From positions 30,709-94,708 of the forward strand of contig CALMZQ010000209.1 in assembly GCA_937870915.1 (NCBI GenBank): 64,000 bases of DNA, written 5' to 3'. The translations under genes and the position numbers were made by a program. Below the pieces are notes generated by a model. It ran no database searches. It was not told the DNA's origin and was given only the letters and a program-made list of their open reading frames with translations. Origin of the DNA: an uncultured Ignavibacteria bacterium (GTDB lineage: Bacteria; Bacteroidota; Ignavibacteria; Kapaibacteriales; Kapaibacteriaceae). This document shows, piece after piece, positions 51,464 to 59,924 of the stretch (positions are counted from its first letter, which is position 1; each line of letters starts with the position of its first letter).

Positions 51464-52057
51464 GTATCCGGCACGCGCATTTGTGCGTGTAGTGATCTCG
51501 GCCTTAAGACGTTCCAGATTGACCAGCGGTACGTCTACATCAAACGTGACGGAGTCTGAGTATGTAGGGGTGAACCTTGCATCGACTTCTTCCAGCACAT
51601 GTGTGATAGTAGACACATCATCGTACATACAATGAACGGTAAGATGTGCCATGGGGCGAATGGTCCACAATTCGCTAGCTGCGATCACACCCTGCGCTGA
51701 GTCGGCATATGCGCGCGCAAGTGGCCCAACACCGAGCTTGACTCCGCCAAAATAACGTGCTACCACTACGATCACGTCACTAAGGTTGGAACGTTGCAAT
51801 GCAAAGAGGATTGGCTTGCCCGCCGAACCGGATGGTTCACCGTCATCAGACATGCGGTATTCCATGCCATGGGGTCCTATCCGCCATGCATAACAGTGAT
51901 GTACAGCGTCCCAATGTTGTGCCCGAATACGTTCGAGAAACTCAAGTGCCTGGTCTTTCGTCGTGCACGGCGCGATGTAGGCACAAAAGACCGATCGTTT
52001 GATGGTAATTTCGACCTTCGCTTCACCGCGAACACTATCGTACGGTGGAAAGGTCAT
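51443..52057 (-). CDS. yigZ: YigZ/IMPACT-family protein
   Basis: 204 aa. ..HHCYAWR.. and ..DDGEPSGSAGKPI.. are typical of UPF0029/IMPACT N-terminal domains. Convergently overlaps the previous CDS by 21 nt. Confidence 0.8.
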   Translation of the reverse strand: MTFPPYDSVRGEAKVEITIKRSVFCAYIAPCTTKDQALEFLERIRAQHWDAVHHCYAWRIGPHGMEYRMSDDGEPSGSAGKPILFALQRSNLSDVIVVVARYFGGVKLGVGPLARAYADSAQGVIAASELWTIRPMAHLTVHCMYDDVSTITHVLEEVDARFTPTYSDSVTFDVDVPLVNLERLKAEITTRTNARAGYSKVATE

Positions 52058-52102
52058 ACTGCGAGCAACGTCTTGCGGTTCATTCTGGAGAGAGGACTTG
52101 AT

Positions 52103-53239
52103 ATGCGAATTGGAATGGTGTGTTACCCAACGTACGGCGGAAGCGGTGTTTTGGCAACGGAACTAGGGCAAGAATTAGCAAGGCGAGGACACAGCGTGCA
52201 TTTCATCACGTATGCCCAGCCGATGAGACTCGATCGCTTTCAGGACAACATCTACTACCATGAAGTAGAGACACCGTCGTATCCACTGCTCGAGTTCAAT
52301 CAGTATACACTTGCCCTTGCCGGAAAGATCCTCGACGTAGCAAGATACGAACACCTCGACGTGGTGCACGTGCATTATGCGATACCTCACGCCATCAGCG
52401 CCTATTTGGCGAAAGAGATTGCGCGAACCACAACACCGTTCAAACTCGTTACAACGTTACACGGAACAGATATTACTCTTGTTGGACTCGAACCAACCTT
52501 TCACCCGATCGTAAAATTCTCACTTGAAAAAAGTGACGTGATCACGGCTGTTTCAGGATTCCTGCAAGAGAAGACGAGGCAGAGTTTTGGCGAAGATCTA
52601 CCGATTAAGGTGATTCCAAATTTTGTAGACACGCAAGTGTATAAGCGCGGAGATTGTCAAAACGTTGAGAAGCGCCTTCGCGTAGACGGAGAGTTCGTTC
52701 TGATGCATGTTTCAAACTTCCGTCCTGTGAAGCGGGTGCATGATTGCATTCGAATCTTAGCAGAGGTCCGCAAAAAACTTCCGGCACGATTGGTCTTTGT
52801 AGGAGATGGTCCTGAGCGCAGCGATGCTGAGCGTTTATGCCGCGAGCTGAACGTAGAGGAGTTCGTTACCTTCCTTGGAAAGCAATCAGCCCTGCCGGAA
52901 ATCCTCTCTGCCGCCGATATCTTCCTTCTCCCGTCACAGCAAGAGAGTTTTGGACTATCTGCACTTGAAGCAATGAGTTGCTCGGTTCCGGTTGTGAGCA
53001 CCAGTATCGGTGGTATCCCGGAAGTGGTGAGGCACGATGAGACGGGCTTTATTGCCGAGCTGGGCGACGTGACTCGTATGGCTCGGTATTGCGTGGATCT
53101 GTTATCTAACCCAAAAAAACTTGCAATCTTCCGTGAGAATTCACGCAAGAGAGCCGTTGAGAAGTTCGACATTTCGCTTATCGTACCAATGTACGAACGC
53201 GTCTATGAGGAGGCTCTTGCCTCCACGGTCAACGGATAG
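52103..53239 (+). CDS. bshA: GT4 glycosyltransferase, BshA-like (N-acetyl-alpha-D-glucosaminyl L-malate synthase)
   Basis: ORF trimmed to the ATG at 52103. The N-terminus MRIGMVCYPTYGGSGVLATELGQELARRGHSVHFIT closely resembles the BshA N-terminus as I remember it. GT4 E..FG..LEAM motif present (QESFGLSALEAM). Confidence 0.7.
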   Translation: MRIGMVCYPTYGGSGVLATELGQELARRGHSVHFITYAQPMRLDRFQDNIYYHEVETPSYPLLEFNQYTLALAGKILDVARYEHLDVVHVHYAIPHAISAYLAKEIARTTTPFKLVTTLHGTDITLVGLEPTFHPIVKFSLEKSDVITAVSGFLQEKTRQSFGEDLPIKVIPNFVDTQVYKRGDCQNVEKRLRVDGEFVLMHVSNFRPVKRVHDCIRILAEVRKKLPARLVFVGDGPERSDAERLCRELNVEEFVTFLGKQSALPEILSAADIFLLPSQQESFGLSALEAMSCSVPVVSTSIGGIPEVVRHDETGFIAELGDVTRMARYCVDLLSNPKKLAIFRENSRKRAVEKFDISLIVPMYERVYEEALASTVNG

Positions 53240-53247
53240 GGCCCGTT

Positions 53248-54090
53248 TTAGGGAAAGAGGTAACGGACACCCTGTTTTGCCAATCCGGCAAAGTCTGTGG
53301 CTGCATCATCCGTCAACTCGTCCTGATAATGCACGAGGAACATCTTCGCACGAATGTCTTCCGGTATCCCGCGCAGGTCATCTATCCATGCATGAACCTG
53401 ATTCGGCGTCATGCTAGCATCGTGGAACATGATCTCTGCACGATCTGCATACATATCGATAAGATCGCGGTCGAACTTTGTGTCGCCGGAAAAGAAGACA
53501 CGATCATCAATCAGGAGGCCATAGGTAATAAAGGCATCCTTAGGGCTGTCTGCCTCACCGGGAATGTGGTTCGTATGGAATAGTTCAAGCTTGATGCCGT
53601 TCATCATGATTGAGAAGATTGAACGGGGCTCTACTGTTATTGGCTGGGGGACATGGGTTGTATAGAGATCTTCGAAGGATAGGCGACGTCCCTCAGCATT
53701 CTGCTCATTGTACTCCAGCCCTCCACGTAACGACATTTCCCAAAGTAGCGGACGGTATTCATCCGTGATGATCATGTTGAGTTTGTCTTTGCCCGATGGT
53801 CGAGCGAAATACCTGTTAACGAGGGTGAGATACTCAAGACCCCCAATGTGATCGGAATGGGAGTGTGTTGGGAGGATAGTGCGGATATCCATCGCAGAGA
53901 GACCTAGAGACTGTAATGCCTGCGGTCCAGTCATACCGAAGTCAACCAAAATATGCTCCTCACCCTTGATAATGAGCAGATTGGTCTGGAAAAGACGACG
54001 GGCGAATGCCGTTCCCGTACCCAGGAAGACGATCTCTAACGTGCCGTCATTCGTGAGCGCTAACGGTGTGGAAACTGGCTGTTCGACCAT
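53248..54090 (-). CDS. metallo-beta-lactamase-fold hydrolase
   Basis: 280 aa with HSHSDHIGG (HxHxDH) motif. Confidence 0.8.
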   Translation of the reverse strand: MVEQPVSTPLALTNDGTLEIVFLGTGTAFARRLFQTNLLIIKGEEHILVDFGMTGPQALQSLGLSAMDIRTILPTHSHSDHIGGLEYLTLVNRYFARPSGKDKLNMIITDEYRPLLWEMSLRGGLEYNEQNAEGRRLSFEDLYTTHVPQPITVEPRSIFSIMMNGIKLELFHTNHIPGEADSPKDAFITYGLLIDDRVFFSGDTKFDRDLIDMYADRAEIMFHDASMTPNQVHAWIDDLRGIPEDIRAKMFLVHYQDELTDDAATDFAGLAKQGVRYLFP

Positions 54091-54120
54091 GTGGATCCCT
54101 AGTAGTACGATTCCGAAAAT

Positions 54121-54864
54121 CTACGCAATACTTTCCGAAGCACCTATCGGCTCCGGCTCTGAAGCCCGGACATCTCTGGAGAGTTTCTCGATCAGATTCT
54201 TCGAAAAAACAGTTTGCAAAGCGTTCTTGATGTCAGGATGTTTTTCCAAAAGCCCCTTTAACTCCTCCGAACGCCACATAAGATAACGAGTCTCGGTGAC
54301 TGTTGTAACTGTTGCACTGGCTGGATTTCCCGAGACAAATGCCATTTCTCCTACAAAATCACCGTTACGGCAGAAGGCAACGATCGTGCCATCTATCTCT
54401 ACTTGGGCCGCCCCCTTACTAACGATCAGAATTCTAACAACAGGAGCGCCTTGGGTTGTGAGGTGCTCGCCGGACATTGCCGTAACCCACGTTCCGCGTT
54501 TGACTAATCGAAAGAAGTCTACTGTTGAAAGGCTCGAAAACTTGTGCTTGTGAAGCGCTAGTTCTTCTTCGGTGAGTTTTGCAGACCGACGTTCTCTGAT
54601 AATGATGGCCACTTGAACGACGTTTACCACAAAAAAACCTGCTTCCCACATCACCATCGAATCGTATCCGGTTAAGTACCCGGAAATGAATCCGGCTATT
54701 GTAGAAACGATGATCATAATGCGAAGCGGGAGGATCGTGCGCACCAGTGAACCGGCGATGAGCATCAAATAGGACAGATGCAGCAACAGCTCAGAGGTTT
54801 CGATCCCGAGGATCGTTTCGTTGTTCATGTGGGCCTTTCTCGCAGCAGGTATTCCAACAAACAT
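54121..54864 (-). CDS. membrane-anchored cyclic-nucleotide-binding-domain protein
   Basis: 247 aa (alternative ATG at 54828). Three predicted TM helices, then a CAP-family cNMP-binding beta-roll (..GDFVGEMAFVSGNPASATV..). Confidence 0.7.
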   Translation of the reverse strand: MFVGIPAARKAHMNNETILGIETSELLLHLSYLMLIAGSLVRTILPLRIMIIVSTIAGFISGYLTGYDSMVMWEAGFFVVNVVQVAIIIRERRSAKLTEEELALHKHKFSSLSTVDFFRLVKRGTWVTAMSGEHLTTQGAPVVRILIVSKGAAQVEIDGTIVAFCRNGDFVGEMAFVSGNPASATVTTVTETRYLMWRSEELKGLLEKHPDIKNALQTVFSKNLIEKLSRDVRASEPEPIGASESIA

Positions 54865-54896
54865 CGTCTACGGGCACCTCTACACCAAGCCTTTGG

Positions 54897-54904
54897 TATT
54901 TTTG
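54897..54904 (+). promoter_or_regulatory. candidate -7 box TATTTTTG upstream of the M20 peptidase operon
   Basis: Exact TAnnTTTG, 33 nt upstream of the ATG at 54938. Confidence 0.4.
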
Positions 54905-54937
54905 TGCTTTCGCTCAATACATAATACGTCAACCACT

Positions 54938-56314
54938 ATGACCGTAGCCGACTATCTCCAAGAGCATCAGGACAGGGCAGAAGCACAACTGATGGAATTC
55001 CTACGTATCCCAAGTGTTAGCACCGATCCGGCAAATGCGCCTGATGTGGAGCGGTGTGCAAACTGGGTAGCTGATCATCTTCGATCAATTGGAATGCCCC
55101 ATGTAGAAGTGTATCCTACCAAGGGTCATCCAATTGTGTATGCAGAGTACCTCAATGCGGGTCCGTCTGCTCCCACCGTGTTGTTCTACGGTCACTACGA
55201 CGTACAGCCTGTAGATCCTATCGATCTATGGACTAACCCACCATTTGAACCAACAGTGCGTGATGGCAAGGTGTATGCACGTGGAGCAACAGATGATAAG
55301 GGGCAGGTGTTCCTCCATATCAAGGCTCTCGAAGCAATGCTTGCCGTTCATGGTAAGCTTCCACTGAATGTGAAGCTACTCATAGAGGGTGAAGAGGAGA
55401 TCGGTAGCCCTAACCTTGCTCCTTTTGTAAGCGAAAAGAAGAAGATGCTTGCCTGCGATGCAGTGCTTGTCTCTGACACACCAATGTTTGCACCGGGTAT
55501 GCCATCGCTCGTGTATGGTCTGCGTGGACTCGCATATCTTCAGATAGACGTACAAGGTCCTGATCGTGATCTCCATTCGGGCTCTTATGGTGGAGCTGTT
55601 GCAAACCCACTCAATGCATTGGCTCATATCATAGCGCAGTTGAAAAGTCCAACCGGTACCATCCTTGTTCCGGGGTTCTTTGACGACGTTCTGGACATAA
55701 CACACGATGAACACATCACCCTGATGGATCTTGATTACGATGAAGACCGTCTACTCAATGATGTTGGCGCAACGGAGTTAGTTGGAGAAGAAAACTATAC
55801 TACGGTTGAGCGCCTATGGGCTAGACCAACGCTTGATGTGAATGGTCTCCTCGGTGGTTTCACCGGTGAAGGAGCTAAAACCGTTCTACCGGCCCGAGCA
55901 ATGGCAAAGGTGAGCATGCGCCTGGTTCCGCACCAGAAACACGGTGATATAGCGCAGAAGGTGATGGACTACATTCTTCAAATCACTCCACCGGGTGTGA
56001 AGGTTAAGGTGCAAGACCTGCATGGAGCAGATCCGGTTCTTGTACCCCGAGATACACCGGCGATGTTTGCAGCCGTACAGGCACTCGAGGAGACGTTTGG
56101 GTCGAAGTGTAGGCTTACGCGAGAGGGAGGATCGATACCTGTTGTGCTTTTGTTCGATACAGTCCTCAAAGCCCCAACGGTATTGATGGGCTTTGGACTG
56201 AACAATGAAAATGCGCATTCACCCGATGAACATTTTGACCTTAGCAATTTTCATCGTGGAATGAAGGCAGCAGCCAGGTACTATGAATTGATGGCGTCTA
56301 CTCCACGGACATGA
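54938..56314 (+). CDS. M20-family dipeptidase
   Basis: ORF trimmed to the ATG at 54938 (MTVADYLQEH..). GHYDVQP, GATDDKGQ, and EGEEEIGS metal-binding motifs. Confidence 0.88.
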   Translation: MTVADYLQEHQDRAEAQLMEFLRIPSVSTDPANAPDVERCANWVADHLRSIGMPHVEVYPTKGHPIVYAEYLNAGPSAPTVLFYGHYDVQPVDPIDLWTNPPFEPTVRDGKVYARGATDDKGQVFLHIKALEAMLAVHGKLPLNVKLLIEGEEEIGSPNLAPFVSEKKKMLACDAVLVSDTPMFAPGMPSLVYGLRGLAYLQIDVQGPDRDLHSGSYGGAVANPLNALAHIIAQLKSPTGTILVPGFFDDVLDITHDEHITLMDLDYDEDRLLNDVGATELVGEENYTTVERLWARPTLDVNGLLGGFTGEGAKTVLPARAMAKVSMRLVPHQKHGDIAQKVMDYILQITPPGVKVKVQDLHGADPVLVPRDTPAMFAAVQALEETFGSKCRLTREGGSIPVVLLFDTVLKAPTVLMGFGLNNENAHSPDEHFDLSNFHRGMKAAARYYELMASTPRT

Positions 56315-57198
56315 AGAGACACAATGCGGAGCTCCTCCTCCTTGCCATAACCATTCTTTGGGGCGGCACCTTTGCTGTTGTAAAAACAGCAATGGTGGAC
56401 GTGAGTCCGAGCATGTTTGTGCTTCTTCGATTTGCGATTGCCACCGTTGTAGCCCTAGCTCTTTGGCCTCGATCTCTTCGTAGTATCGATCGAGATACAA
56501 TGAGTAAGGGGCTTGCTCTTGGCGTATTGTATGGTGTTGGGTTTCTCCTTCAGACAATTGGGCTCACGATGACATCTGCCTCGTCATCGGCCTTCATCAC
56601 AGGAACGATGGTGGTGTTTGTTCCGCTTGTTCACCGTGTTGTAGATAGGGCTCGGATCAGACCGAATCATGTGTTCTCGATCATCCTGGTTCTCATCGGA
56701 CTCTGGCTTTTCACGTCCCCTGAGTCTCAAGGGGTGAATCTTGGTGATGTGCTCACATTGTTCAGTGCCATACTCTGGGCTGTGTATCTCACCTATATCG
56801 ATGTATGGACCACGGCAATGCGGGAGGATACCCACAGACAGAATGCACTTGTTGTTTTGCAGTTTGTGGCAACGGTGATTCTTTCCGGAATAGGGGTCGG
56901 GTTTGATGTATCCCAAGGAACATCTGTGCATGTTACATTCGACCGCGAGCTTATCCTGGGACTCGTCTACTGCGGCATATTTGCCTCCGTAATCCCAACC
57001 TTTGTCCAGACGCGATTTCAACAATACACACATCCGGTCCGAGCAGGTGTGATCTATGCCATTGAGCCCCTTGCCGCATCATTCATTGCTTGGGTGGCAA
57101 TCAATGAACAATTCTCAGTCCGCCAACTCATTGGTGGGGGAGTGTTGCTTGCAGCCATCATCTTGCCGGATATCATTGCATCGCGGAGAGAATCGTGA
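56311..57198 (+). CDS. EamA/DMT-family transporter
   Basis: 295 aa, about 10 TM, with duplicated EamA-like halves. ATGA overlap with the M20 gene. Confidence 0.8.
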   Translation: MKRHNAELLLLAITILWGGTFAVVKTAMVDVSPSMFVLLRFAIATVVALALWPRSLRSIDRDTMSKGLALGVLYGVGFLLQTIGLTMTSASSSAFITGTMVVFVPLVHRVVDRARIRPNHVFSIILVLIGLWLFTSPESQGVNLGDVLTLFSAILWAVYLTYIDVWTTAMREDTHRQNALVVLQFVATVILSGIGVGFDVSQGTSVHVTFDRELILGLVYCGIFASVIPTFVQTRFQQYTHPVRAGVIYAIEPLAASFIAWVAINEQFSVRQLIGGGVLLAAIILPDIIASRRES

Positions 57199-57776
57199 CC
57201 AAGACTGAACTACGAGCTGATGTTCTGCAACGACGTTCTTCTATCACTTCCGAAGATCGTAGCCTCTGGGATCAGATCATCTTTGAACGAGCACATAAGG
57301 TTCGCGCCTTTCAAATAGCAGAGAGGGTACACATCTATCGCAACATTGGGAGCGAAATCGAGACCATGCCGTTTATCGAGTATGCCTGGGGTATAGGCAA
57401 GGATGTGTATGTGCCGATGATCCCTCCAGGGAAGGGGATAATGGTGCACTGCCGCATCACGTGGCGTACACAATGGAGAGAAGGGGCTTTTGGTATTCCT
57501 GAACCAGTTGTTGAGGATGATGCGGATGTGATCACCAACGATGAGTTTTTTGATACGGGATCTGCGATTATTGTTCCATTGGTTGCCTTTGACCGACAGT
57601 GCCATCGCATCGGATATGGTAAAGGCTATTACGATAGGTTCCTACGCAACACAACGAGCCCAACAATTGGAATAGCCTACGAGCTGCAACGCGTGACAAG
57701 TGTTGTTCCCGAGGCACACGATGTAGCTCTCACATGCGTCGCAACGCAGGAACGCTGGTATGTTCCATCCACGTAG
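57195..57776 (+). CDS. 5-formyltetrahydrofolate cyclo-ligase
   Basis: 193 aa. GTG start overlaps the upstream stop. C-terminal GYGKGYYDRFL motif. Confidence 0.82.
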   Translation: MTKTELRADVLQRRSSITSEDRSLWDQIIFERAHKVRAFQIAERVHIYRNIGSEIETMPFIEYAWGIGKDVYVPMIPPGKGIMVHCRITWRTQWREGAFGIPEPVVEDDADVITNDEFFDTGSAIIVPLVAFDRQCHRIGYGKGYYDRFLRNTTSPTIGIAYELQRVTSVVPEAHDVALTCVATQERWYVPST

Positions 57777-59022
57777 GCACAACATCGTGTCGATAATTGT
57801 TGTTTGTATCATCATTGTGCTGATGAGCCCCCTATACGAGGCACGTGGGCAGGACTGCAGAGACGAGCTGCTTCTTGATGCCAATGACCGCGCTTACGAG
57901 GTTGGTCTTGATTCTACGGGGATGTGGTGGGCCCTGACCAAGCCGTATCAAGAGTTTATCGGCTTGGTTGTAGACGGTGAGAAATACGGCCCGTACGACA
58001 CCGTGATCCATCCCAAAGTGAGCTATGACGGTTCAAACTTTGCCGCGGGAGTGAGACTGCAAAGTAGATGGCATGTACTCACAGGAGATGACACGATCTC
58101 GTTGGATGGTGATGTATTCCAAGAGGTGTTCTTTCCCTCGCAGTCATCAACTCCATGGTGGTTGCACACGAACGGTAATGATCGAAGGATATCCACCTAC
58201 GAACGCACCTATCGATTTTCGTCTGAGCCACATATGATCTGCTTTGACCCACAAGGTATGATTGTAGCGTGGGTAGAACGCAGAGGAGCTGTTGACGTGA
58301 TCTTTCTCAACGGTAAGGAGCAGGTAACTGCAGACGAGATCAAACTTGCCGGAGTATGGGCCGATGGGTTACCCATCTATGCTGTTCGGTTCGGCACCCG
58401 TTGGAGTGTGTATCGTGGTCAAGAAGAGATCGTTTCATCCCTTGCTTCACTTTCAGAGATCGTCCTCAACACCTTTGCATCTGCCTGCGCATGGATCGCC
58501 AGCGACGGAACAGGTGCGGCACGTATCTACCTCTACACAACCGAGATGAACACACCCTGGACAAGCCTTCCCCTTGAGTCTGCAAGGGGCTTGGTGTTGT
58601 CGCCGTTCGATCCCCTTGTTGCAGCGCGAACGGTGCGTAATGGAAACAACGCGATCAATTTCAGTGGAGCTGAATATCCGTCGGGACGGCAGACCGGACC
58701 GATATCATTCTCACATGACGGCGCATTGATGGTCTATGCCGGTGTTGACGGAGACAACTTTGTAACGGTTAATGGAAAACGTCAGTGGCTAAAGGGTGCT
58801 GTCAACCTCAGTGTACCCGTTCAGATTGCACCAGACGGAAGCGCTGTTGGCTGGGCTAGTGCAACAACTCTTGCCTATGTAAATCTCGACCTCAACATTC
58901 TGAGAATGGGGCGGATGTGCGACGTAATGGGTCCGGTGATCTATGACCGAAGAACAAAGACCTTTAAAGGATTAGGATTTGTTTCCGGACGGCTCTTCCT
59001 TCTTGAATGTGACCCCCGGTGA
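57760..59022 (+). CDS. hypothetical membrane-anchored/secreted protein
   Basis: 420 aa. N-terminal hydrophobic segment (IVSIIVVCIIIVLM). Repetitive Y..DG../W-rich beta-like segments with no recognisable motif. 17-nt overlap with the upstream gene. Confidence 0.55.
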   Translation: MFHPRRHNIVSIIVVCIIIVLMSPLYEARGQDCRDELLLDANDRAYEVGLDSTGMWWALTKPYQEFIGLVVDGEKYGPYDTVIHPKVSYDGSNFAAGVRLQSRWHVLTGDDTISLDGDVFQEVFFPSQSSTPWWLHTNGNDRRISTYERTYRFSSEPHMICFDPQGMIVAWVERRGAVDVIFLNGKEQVTADEIKLAGVWADGLPIYAVRFGTRWSVYRGQEEIVSSLASLSEIVLNTFASACAWIASDGTGAARIYLYTTEMNTPWTSLPLESARGLVLSPFDPLVAARTVRNGNNAINFSGAEYPSGRQTGPISFSHDGALMVYAGVDGDNFVTVNGKRQWLKGAVNLSVPVQIAPDGSAVGWASATTLAYVNLDLNILRMGRMCDVMGPVIYDRRTKTFKGLGFVSGRLFLLECDPR

Positions 59023-59036
59023 AATGGTCTGCATGA

Positions 59037-59114
59037 GATCCCGCGCCGCTTCGCTCTGCGATCCCGCGCCGCTTCGCTCTGAGATCCCGCGCCGCTTCGC
59101 TCTGCGGGATGACG
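59037..59114 (-). repeat. three tandem 23-nt units of the REP-like family, the last one complete (copy f)
   Basis: GATCCCGCGCCGCTTCGCTCTGC at 59037, 59060 and 59083. The last extends to ..GCGGGATGACG (stem ATCCCGC/GCGGGAT). Reverse complement: CGTCATCCCGCAGAGCGAAGCGGCGCGGGATC. Confidence 0.92.
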
Positions 59115-59170
59115 CCAACGCACGCCTTGGTTAGTGTAATAGAAACGCTCGTGATGATTACGGGTCGCAG

Positions 59171-59199
59171 CGTCATCCCGAGCGAAGCGAGGGACCTCG
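59171..59199 (+). repeat. REP-like copy g (CGTCATCCCGAGCGAAGCGAGGGACCTCG), inverted relative to copy f
   Basis: Read directly from the sequence, 56 nt from copy f. Confidence 0.9.
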
Positions 59200-59227
59200 T
59201 ATTCTTACGGTGAACGAGTTACGTCCG

Positions 59228-59235
59228 TATCTTTG
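59228..59235 (+). promoter_or_regulatory. candidate -7 box TATCTTTG upstream of the biotinyl-domain gene
   Basis: Exact TAnnTTTG (context CGTATCTTTGTTG, the same 13-mer as upstream of uvrA), 18 nt before the ATG at 59254. Confidence 0.45.
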
Positions 59236-59253
59236 TTGCCTGATGGAGAACCT

Positions 59254-59772
59254 ATGAGCACATTTGTTGTCAGCACAGAGATCGACGGAAAAGACCGCAA
59301 CGTGGAGATCGATGCGGACGGTACATCTCTGAGCAACGGGACCAGCGTCTACCTTGCCCCTACGGAACACCCACATGTCTGGCACTGGATTGACGGGTCT
59401 TCACGAGTACCGGTACACATCACCAGCGATGGAATGTCGGGCGTGACTGTTACTATACGCGGCTATTCCTATGCTGCCAGCGTCCTTCCCGAACGCCATA
59501 ACGAACTTCTTGCCATTCTGAAGTCATCCCCCTCTCAGAAACAACGCGTTACGCGCATCCCCGCACCGATGCCCGGCCTTCTTAAAGCCGTCCTCACAAC
59601 AGAGGGAGCAACCGTTCGCAAGGGAGATACCCTCTTCACGCTCGAAGCAATGAAGATGGAAAATGCCATAAAAACCCCTGTAGCCGGCACCGTTCGCCAA
59701 CTCACAACAAACGTGGGCACTGCCTTCGAAAAAGGAACCCTGTTGTGCGTTATCGAGCCTTTGGCTTTGTAA
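59254..59772 (+). CDS. biotin/lipoyl-attachment-domain protein (BCCP-like)
   Basis: ORF trimmed to the ATG at 59254 (172 aa). C-terminal ~70 aa carry the biotinylation motif LEAMKMEN. The N-terminal ~100 aa are unrecognised. Confidence 0.75.
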   Translation: MSTFVVSTEIDGKDRNVEIDADGTSLSNGTSVYLAPTEHPHVWHWIDGSSRVPVHITSDGMSGVTVTIRGYSYAASVLPERHNELLAILKSSPSQKQRVTRIPAPMPGLLKAVLTTEGATVRKGDTLFTLEAMKMENAIKTPVAGTVRQLTTNVGTAFEKGTLLCVIEPLAL

Positions 59773-59854
59773 GCGGCTTCGTTAAGCGCCTTCGTTAAGC
59801 GGCTTGTTCAAGCGCCTTGTTAAGCGGCTTGTTCAAGGGCCTTTTCAAGGGTAG
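59771..59854. repeat. 12-13-nt tandem array (AAGCGSCTTSGTT-type, about 6.5 units)
   Basis: Units start at 59771, 59784, 59797, 59810, 59822, 59835 and 59847. Each unit holds a mini-palindrome (AAGC-G-GCTT or AAGG-G-CCTT). Confidence 0.9.
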
Positions 59855-59924
59855 ATTCGCTATTCGCTATTCGCTATTCGCTATTCACTATTCGCTATTC
59901 ACTATTCACTATTCGCTATTCGCT
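59855..59924. repeat. heptamer array (ATTCRCT)x10, same unit as 11633-11790
   Basis: Ten units counted: GGGGAGAAGG for the variable R position. Confidence 0.95.
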
